From Nageia nagi (Eukaryota > Plantae > Pinophyta), in NCBI GenBank assembly GCA_050084985.1, contig JBITNC010000001.1, positions 196,230,001 through 196,294,000 of the forward strand: a stretch of 64,000 bases of DNA, in the 5' to 3' direction. The translations under genes were made by a program, and so were the position numbers. Below, piece after piece: positions 54,601 to 64,000 of the stretch (its first letter is position 1; each line of letters begins with the position of its first letter). Under the pieces are notes generated by a model. It was not told where the DNA came from. It did no database searches and saw nothing but the letters and a program-made list of their open reading frames with translations.

Positions 54601-57600
54601 AGTGATCAAGGTTATACTAAATATATATTTTATAAGTGGTTGCATTATGGAATGATGCATGTTCCAACAAAAGAGTTACAAGCTTACTATATAGATCCAT
54701 TCTTACCTCCTATAGCTCCTATTCGAGTAGATATCTTCATAAATGATGATGATATCCTTAAGAAGCTAGGGTTGTAAAGTGAATTCTCTAAATATAATGA
54801 AAAGAGGCTTACAACATGGTTCATTTGATATCAAGCTTATTTGGGTGAGGAGGTTTGTGTGGATGATGTAGATATTGTAGGTTATATCCTTACCATTATT
54901 TTCATTTTTCATTTGACTTTAGCTCATTCTTCATTGAGTCAATCATAGGTTTTGTTATTTTATCTTTTGTAGTTAGTATTCCCATCCTTTAATGGGGTGA
55001 TGGCATTGGGTTCCTAGCACCACTACTCTATTATTTTTATCTCTTACAATTGAGTTTATATACAATATTAGTGGCATTTACCATACCTACCCAAATTAGT
55101 GATAAAATATCCTTAGTAAAGAAATAGTAGAAGTAAACATCTATACCCATGAGGACCCATAGTTGATCAAAATAGGAGCTTAGTTAACCATGGAAGAATG
55201 GGATAGGTATTGCATACTATTAGAAGAGTTATATAATTTTTTTGCTTGGTCTTATTTTGATATGTTTGGTCTTAATCCTAATTTTACCTCTCATCGCCTA
55301 ATCATCAATGAGAATGTTAAACTAGTTTAATAAAAGCTTAGAAAGATGCATCCTTGGGTAGCCCTTGCTATTAAAAAGAAAATTTAAAAGTATCTTGCCA
55401 CTAGTTTTAGTGTTCCTATTGATTATTCTATGTGGATTTCTAACATTTTAGCTGTAGCTAATCCTAATGGCAAAATAAGATATTGTACAGATTTCAAGGA
55501 TATCAACAAGGCATTTCCTAAAGATGCCTTTCATTTTCTTAACATTCATATGATTGTAGATTCAACAATAGGCCTTGAAATTTTATCTTTCATGGATTTA
55601 TTTTCTAGCTACAATCAAATTAGGATCAATAAAGAGGACCAACATAAGATATCTTTTATTACTCCTTTGGGCATATTTTGTTGGGTAGTCATGGCTTTTG
55701 GTCTAAATAATGCACATGCAAGTTATCAAAGAGCCATGGTGAGTATGTTCCATGATTTGATCCATGATAGTGTTGAATTATATGTTGATGACATCCTATA
55801 CAAATCAACAACCAAATATGATCACATTTCATATGTGAGTAAGATTTTCCAAAGTATGATAGAATACAAGTTGAAGTTGAAACCTCAAAAGTGTTCATTT
55901 TTAATTTCATTAGGTAAATTGCTTGAGTTCATTATTTCATGAAGAGGTATAGAGGTGGATCCCAAAAAAGTTTCAGCCATTATTGATTTTCCTCATCCTA
56001 ATAACTTGAAAGAGTTAATAAGTCTTCAAGTAAAATTTCTAGTAGTCATAAGGTTCATTTCTCAGTTAGCAGATATGGCCTCCCCATTTTCTCATTCGCT
56101 AAAGAAAGGTGAGAAATTCATTTGGGATGAAAAGTGTCAAAAGGATTTGGACAACATCAAAAGTTACCTTACTAATGCTCCAATTTTAACCCCATATAAT
56201 TTAGAAAAGATTTAATTACTTTATATTTCAACAACATTAAGTGCATTAGGGGAAATGTTAGCTCAAAAGGATGGTAATAATAAGGAAAGATGAATCTACT
56301 ATATCTATAAGACTTTAATTGATTATGATATAAGGGATGATATAATTAAAAAGATGTGTTTTGCTATAATATTATAAAATAAAAAGTAAATATATTACAT
56401 GCTTGGAAATACAACTTATGTCATAGCTCAGGTTGATCTTCTCAGATATCTCAAGTCCAAATTTTACTTTTTTGGGAGGGTTACAAAATTGTAATGTTGT
56501 TTCAAGAATTTGATTTGGTCTTCATCACTCAGAATTTGAAAAAGGGATAAACTATAGTATATTCCATTACAAATCACATACAAAATGAAGTATCTAGAAT
56601 GCAAGAAGAGTTTTTCATATGAAGTAGATGAATAAAGCAACCCTAAACCTAACATCATTGCTACACTCATGCATTGTCACTATGTTCCTGAGCTTGAATT
56701 CCTACAATTTTTTTGTAGGTTTTACAAAAAATGATGAGTGGAACATGTTCTTTTATGGTTCTAAGTTTATTCATGGAGAAAAATTAGGAATTATTCTCAT
56801 CAATACTCATAATGATGTTATCCCTATGTCTATCATTTAAGTTTTGATTGCACTAATAATATGCCAAAATATGAGGCTTTGATTTTAGGTTTGAAGGTTG
56901 CAATACTTCTAAAAGTAAAAAGGATCAAAATATTTGGTGATTCTCAACTCATTATGAAGTAGGTTTCCAACATATACAATAACAAAGATCCCAAGTTTCA
57001 ACCATACTAGGAAATGGTAGATAATCTCCTCATCTACTGCAATGAGTATGAAATTAACACAATTCCAAGAGAAAATAATAGCTATGTTGATGCAATGAAT
57101 AGTTTCACTTCCCTTGCTCCCATTAACATAGTAGATGAAGAGACTATCCTTACAATAAAAATATTAGGTAAGCCTTCTCATGAATTTATTGTTGAATATT
57201 TCATTAAAGATTATTTATATTTTGCTACTTGTGTCAATGTGTGTGAGTGGTATCAAGATGTTTTTAGTTATCTTAAATATGATGATGTTCCTATTTTATT
57301 TAATAATAATGCTATAATTAGACTTAAAAAGCTATCTACCAAGTATTTCATCATAGGTGATTTGTTGTATAGAAGGTATTTCAATGGTACTCTTCTTATA
57401 TATTTAATGAGGCATGAAGTAGACATGGCCCTTTATCAAGCTCATGATGGTGAATGTGGAAAACATTTTAGTGCTAAATTTGTTTATCAAAAGTTTTTTA
57501 GACTAGGTTATTATTGGCATATCATGCTTGAAGATTATGAATTACTTGTTAATAAATATGAACAATATCAAAATAATTCTAGTCTTCAACCTTCTCCTTC

Positions 57601-60600
57601 TCATGCTTTGTATTATTTTATTTCTCCTTGGCCTTTTTCAATTTGGGCACTTGATTTTATTGGTAAAATTAACTTTGTTTTAAGATATGTCCATAAGTTT
57701 ACCATTATAGCTACATAATACTTCATAAAATGGGTAGAGGCTATCCCTATGAAGTTTGTATAAGGAGGTAAGATTGTTGAATTTTTCATTTCTAGATATG
57801 ATGTGCCTTCTAAATTGTTCATGGATAATGGTGCTAGCTTTAAAGGTAATTAAGGTATTGAATTTTGTGCTAAATATAATATTTAATGAAAGTTCTCTAC
57901 CCCATATTATCCCCAAGGTAATGATCTATCCAAAGCCTCTAACAAGGGCATCAAGAGTATCTTATCCAAAATTATTGTAAAAAATGGTAAATATTAGCAT
58001 GAACAACTCTTGCATGCTTTGTGGGCCTATAGAACAAATATAAGGACTTATTTAAAGGAAAATCCTTTATACTTAATGTATGATTATGAAGTTATATTTC
58101 CCCTTGAGTTAGAAATCCCATCTCTTTGTGTATCACTAAATGGCCTCATTCTCGATGAGGATAGAAGGAAAGCTAGATTAGCCCAACTAGAGGTCCTAGA
58201 TGAAAAAAAGTTTAATTCTCTAAAACACCTTTATGTCTACCATTCTAGAATCTAAAAAGCTTATAGCAAAAATATCAAGCCTACAGAGTTCAAATTGGTG
58301 ATGTAGTATTAAAAAAAAACCTTGCCAACACTAAAGCTTTGAAAAATGAAAATAAAGGTAAGTTATGGATAGGTCTTTACATTTTCATTACAAATTATTG
58401 AAAAGGTACATATAGATTGTCTACAATTGAAGTACAAGTATAACACAATCCAATTAACATTATGCATTTCAAAAAGTTTTATGTCTAATCTTTTTCATAA
58501 AAATGTGCATTTCTTAGTTTGTTCATACTAACATTTTAAGAAAATAAATCTATAATCTAGCAATGCCATTACATTCTTGGCAATATCATTAGATTTAACT
58601 AATTAAAAATATTAAATTTGTTTCATCCTTTGTAAAAGAAATATTTTGTGCAAATATATTTTGGTTTAGGTGAAAAATTAAGGTTATATACTTCTCCAAA
58701 TGGGATAAAAAAAATTTATGTAGGTTCTACACATCGATACCTTTCCAACTATCTTGATCAAAAGTTATGAATTCTACAAATTGACTATTTTTATAGGGAC
58801 TACAACTATGTTTTTCAAGTGGAGACAATTGGACAAAATATAATGGGTAGTTCTAGATCATGTTTTTATGCTCATTATACTATAATACTACTCTACATTT
58901 TTAAGATATATTTATCTTATAAATATGGTAGTGTAACATGCATCAAGTATCCTTTAGATCAATGCTTTTGCCTTGTGTTGGGCATCGAAGAACATGATGG
59001 AGTATCTTGGAATAATCTTTGAATAATCTTGAAAGAATCCTATACCAATGTATATGCCCTAGGTTGGACATGTGAGCACATGATGGTGGATCTTCTATTA
59101 TATCTTTAGAGGATAAAGTATTCTCAAGGTTTGGGCATAGCATATGATGATAATGTATACATCATGTTGATATTTAGATGGATCACATAATATGAATATG
59201 GTAGATCACATTACATGTGAGCATACTATGTGTGATAGACATGGTATGTTTGATACAAATATGGAGCATGGTATAGTGCTAAGTGTGATGTAACACTAAT
59301 GTACAAAATATGCAGATATCATATGGTATAGAATGAGAATTATATCATGGATTTATGATATGTAAATTATATGATCTAGACGTGAATTTGTTTGACTGTT
59401 CAAAGCATTGATAATACAATATAGATTTTATGCTCCTTTTTCTTATTGAATGTAGCCCAAATTTAGTTAACCAAGATAAATCTCTTTATTTTATAGTGCA
59501 ATTACCTTGTTATTTATTTTTATTGCACTATAATTTGAGCATAGTCTTGTTAGATCCCAAAAAAAGGTCCAAAAATTAATTATTTCTTCATAATCATGGT
59601 AAATCAATGAAAAAGGTATTTCATCTCTTTACTATCATTCTATTTCATTAAATATTGCTTATCAAAATATATCAATATAGTATTTTTTATTTTTGTATCA
59701 TTGTTCATATCATTGGCCTTCTTTGTAATAAAGGGGCACTCTCATCAGCAAATCCATGGGAACATGATGGATTGGGAAACCAATTTGGTCATTACTATCA
59801 TTTTATAGCTTTATAAGGAAGTTTCATTCTTATCATTTGGTACCTTTGTAAGGAAGGTCCATTCATATCAAAATCCATGGCAACATGGTGGCTTGGGAAA
59901 CCAAGCTAATAAATCTAAATTAGTTATCATCTTCTTCATCTTGGTGGGTAAATCACCAAGGATAGGTTTGATTTTCTTATCATACTTATTATATCATGAT
60001 GACTAATATTTATATTTGGGATATCTTGCACAAAATTGTTTCTTATCTAAGCTCTTTTTTAGGTTCCTTTTCCTTTGCCTTGGATTGCTCCTATGATGAG
60101 AGGTCCATCATGTTGCAACCAAGTCAAATACGGGGCATAATATAGGCAAAAAATTAGGGCATTTGAAGCTACCATTGTGAGATAACTTTTCAAAGAGTAC
60201 TTTATTACTTTTATTGTTATATTTTGAATTTATGCTTTGATGATCTTTTATCCCAAAAACATAAAAACATATTCAAAGTGGGGTATTTATTAATAGTTAA
60301 AAGGGAATTTTAATTTAATTAAAATATGCTTTAAGGTATTTGAACTAATTTATTTAATTTATTAAATAGATGCTATTTTCTATATGCATTCTCATTTACC
60401 TTTATGTTTTATGGTAACATATTAGCTTGGCATCATAATAAGCCTAAGGAGAAGCCTTAGCACTAGACCTATTTTCTATAAAGGTGGAGCGGTTGTGCAT
60501 GATCAAATATATGACATGACATGACATAATCTTGAATCCTTAATAAGTGGAAATATACTTGTGTTAATATTGATTGGTGTTTCTTAACACCACCTATAAT

Positions 60601-61014
60601 ATTTGAATTTTTGTTATACTTTGGGCTTTGCATTCTTATGATCTTTCATTCCTTCATGAGCAATAGTATGTGCATCAAAGGTGGGATGATGATACCAAGT
60701 GAAAGGGTGAGGTATTCTAGAATGGTAATCAAGTGACATCATTAGATTTCTAACTAACATTGGATGGAGGTTAGATTTGTGGTTCCATATTTTAATAAAG
60801 CTCATAGTTCATCATATTTTAATTAGATTTTTCCTCCATTCATCATCACATGTAAAGTACAAGTTTCTATCTCCCATAAATCCAATTTTGATAGGTCAAG
60901 GTCAATTAGGTCATTGTAATCTTTCATGTCATTGATTTCCTATTATTTCATAGTTAATTAGTGAATTTAATTATTCTATAAATAACCCTAATTATTATTA
61001 TTTTGGTTATAAAA
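51642..61014 (+). mobile_element. Full-length decayed Tat/Ogre-like element 2, same family (5' LTR 51642-52082 with internal deletion; 3' LTR 60288-61014)
   Basis: TSD TGTTG/TATTG; empty site visible in unit 1 at ~34980; PBS TAGTGAATCCAAC (52085-52097); RT YVDD (55430-55942); second RNase H (WNMFFYGS...CTNNMPKYEALILGL...IFGDSQLI); integrase (AHDGECGKH, WPFSIWALDFIG, LWAYRT); PPT AAAGTGGGG. Confidence 0.92.
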
Positions 61015-63062
61015 TATTGATATAAGATAAATAGTTCATCTTGCCAACCCCTGAACATTAAATATTGGTCGTCGACCTCCTCATCCTCTTGGTCCTAGTC
61101 CTGGTCAAGGTTGAGATCATGGTGGTAATTAACCTTATTTTTCTTCTCTCGTATCCATGATTGAGCATCTTAATCATAGATTTTATGGGTTTATTATAAG
61201 TACAAATTTTATGGGTTACTAAAAAAATCTTTATTTATATTTCATGTTCAATACTCAATGCTTTTCACATGGTATTGATTGTATTTAGCATTAGAGTTTT
61301 ATGAAATTTTTATTGTTGTGTAGAAACTCTTTGTTTAAACCACAAAATGATTTTATTCCTTTGAAATTTGATTTTAAAAAAGAAAAAGAAAAAATATTAT
61401 AGTAATATCAAAGAATAACAAAATACACTATATCAAATGAGTAGAATGATAACTTCTAGAATGAAAAATGTGAATGATTAGGAAAAAAGTAACATCACAT
61501 AAAAGAGATTGAATGACATGGAAATGATCTAAAAATACATTTTGACCCTTATATACTCATCAATTTGATTGATGATAAAACATTACAATTCATCTTGTTT
61601 ATATAAATTCTCAAGCAATTGGGGGCCATGGTTGACATGCTATATGGTGAGAATCAAGGAAAAATGGGTATTACTAACATATGCTCAATGAGTGATAGTG
61701 ATTATCAATAAACATAGTAAAAAGTTCTAAAAAATAAATAAAACACACTTCTCAAAATATGCACCCATATATACAATGTAATGATTATCGATGAATATGG
61801 TTACGAAAAACTTTCAAACCTTAAAACTCAATTTTAAGGGGTTTAAAGGCTCTAAAATGGGGTGATTCATCTAAAACCATAGAAAATTATACGAGCTTTC
61901 CAAAGGTTCAAATGGTTCACAAATTGAAGTTCTATAAGAAACATTATGGTTTTCTAAAGTTGGGGTTTGGATTTGATCTAACTAAAACACAAAAAAATCT
62001 TCAGTGAAATCCTTTCTCTAATAGATGATGCCTTCCTTGATGTGGTTCAATTATAGGTATTTATTCTATTTTTCATAGAGGGGATATATAACTCTTCTGT
62101 TGAGTTGTAGATCTTGGGAAAACTAGTAGTTTGTCAACTCAATCAATATTGGAATAGACTTCCAAGTTCTCCTTTACCTAATATATATCTTCTAAAACAT
62201 CTTTTGAAATAATGTATGCTTATGGGAAAATTCAACCTATGCAAATAGAGGAAACATGAAGCTTGCAGGGTAGTCTCAGGCTCTCAACCTATGAAAACAT
62301 ATGTGCTTCATCTTCCTAAAGCCTTCTTCATGCTCTTCTCTAATTAGAAACCTTTTGATTTTGTTGACTATGAAGGACTTGTTCTTTGATACTACTATGA
62401 TATTTTTTATTTTCTAACAAATTCATAGAATTAAGAATCAGTGAAAGAGATTCATGGGATTTTACATCAATTTATTAATTTTTAGGGATATTTTGAATGA
62501 AATATTGATACCACCTCTAGAAAAATTATGATTTGAAGTGCAAAGTGTATCTAACAGTTATTATTATAATTTAACACAAAAAAAGCTATTAGAAAAGGAT
62601 ATTGGTTGATTTAAATAATTCAAATAATGAAAAGTATGGAAAAATAGAAGAAAGCACTATAGCATGTACTTTTTACATAATATATAAGTGATTAGGATTC
62701 TTAGTTCTGATTGGTAATTTTTCCATCTTTTAATTTTTTTAATGGCTCTTGAGTGATCCATATACAGGATAGTACATGTGTAAAGCTCCAAGCATTTTAC
62801 ATGCTAAGGATTATTTGACACAAAATTAAATTGAAAACCTATCAATCGAGGATAATTTTGAGACTTAAAGTTATGCAATTTTTGTTATGACACATTTCAT
62901 AGTCTAATATTGAATTAAGGGAAAGTAAAGTAATGGGGGAAAGATCTCTTTAGAAATCTTTAACTGTCAATGATTTTTCCTTTTTTTTAAAGGCAATAAT
63001 AGAGCTTCTCTAGTGCTATATAAGGTTTCTCTTCTATGGCTAAATTCCAAAAACTTGTAAGA

Positions 63063-63464
63063 ATGGAAGAGAAAAGAGGGAGAGGGAGAGAGAGAGTGGA
63101 TCATTTTTGAATTTTTGGGCATAATGGGTGACACTGATGTAGATGCTTAGAAAGATGTTGGAGAGGGTAGGTATGATTGATAGTTGTGTGAAGGAACTAA
63201 CTCAAGCAAAGGCTCATTATGAGGCAAAAATGCTAAGGTATTTTTGATGGTATGATGTAGTAGTGTTAGGCATTGGAGGAATGGTTGGGATGGATATAAT
63301 TGTCACCACCAAAAGGGTATCTAAAGAGGATGTCGGGCCAACCATAATTGTATTATATGTCATACTAAGGCTTTTGATCTTTCTTTTTTCCTTATGTTAT
63401 ATGGAGTTCATTTTCTCTATTTTGGTTATGGGTGGTGCCTTTAGATATCTCAAAACCACATTTG
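63063..63464 (+). pseudogene. Decayed exon 1 of cationic amino acid transporter (CAT6/7-like), copy 3
   Basis: WYDVVVLGIGGMVGMDIIVTT...VGPTIIVLY...LCYMEF...GGAFRYLKTTFG then GTATGA donor; TATA-like CTATATAA ~63016. Confidence 0.8.
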
Positions 63465-64000
63465 GTATGATTTTATTCAAAGAAAAAAATAATATTGTTG
63501 TTGGAATTTTGTTGATGTATTTGAGAATCAATTGTACCAGCCTAAATTCTTCCACTTATACATAGAATGTAAATACATTACTAATTATTTTGTTATTTTA
63601 ATGAATGATACAGTCTAGTTTGTAAGCTTTCACAATACCCATGTATGTTCTGACAAAATGTAGGATCAACTTCAAGATGCACCCTACTCATAAATCAAAT
63701 ATTGGCAAGGGGTGTGAGGTTGGTGATAAACATTATAATAGTGTTTAGATTCATGTATGGCTATGGATTGTTGCTCAAAGATGTTAAAATCTATAACTAG
63801 TAATAGTATATATTCCACTCAATATCATGCAATATAGTGTTCTATAATATATTCTTTATCTTTATTTTATGTAAAAAAATATGAGCATTGTATTGTTCTC
63901 AATATGAATGTTTTCATATAATATTTGCGATTAATTCCCCTATCGATACAATTTATTCCATAATTAGTAATTTATGTAACTCATTCAAAAATCAACAAGG

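Overview
AT-rich plant nuclear DNA, most likely a gymnosperm (inferred from the transposon families, the PPR motif style and pervasive C>T/G>A decay). It is mostly nested, decayed transposons. Host-gene content: (i) exon 1 of an ACOS5/4CL-like sporopollenin acyl-CoA synthetase at the left edge (minus strand, missed by the ORF track); (ii) a PLS-class PPR-DYW RNA-editing-factor gene with three lesions; (iii) decayed first exons of a DnaJ gene and, three times, of a CAT6/7-type cationic amino acid transporter inside a tandem array of ~4-kb units. Elements with TSD-defined ends: an L1 LINE (12778-18031), a Mutator-like element carrying a tRNA-Gln-like relic and a Copia 3' fragment (19374-21970), a very young non-coding LTR element with 231/232-identical LTRs (28675-31463), two full-length Tat/Ogre-like Gypsy elements in opposite orientations (36261-48628, 51642-61014), and a 3.9-kb solo LTR nested in the first of these (41624-45538). 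Most notable: the solo LTR carries a scrambled, CpG-rich PPR/DYW capture just downstream of its TATA-like box; the young LTR element shows covarying hairpins and 5'-3' complementarity; the Tat family combines a G-patch, an intron-like spacer and a second RNase H with a tRNA-Trp primer site. All calls are from manual reading; no database searches were run.
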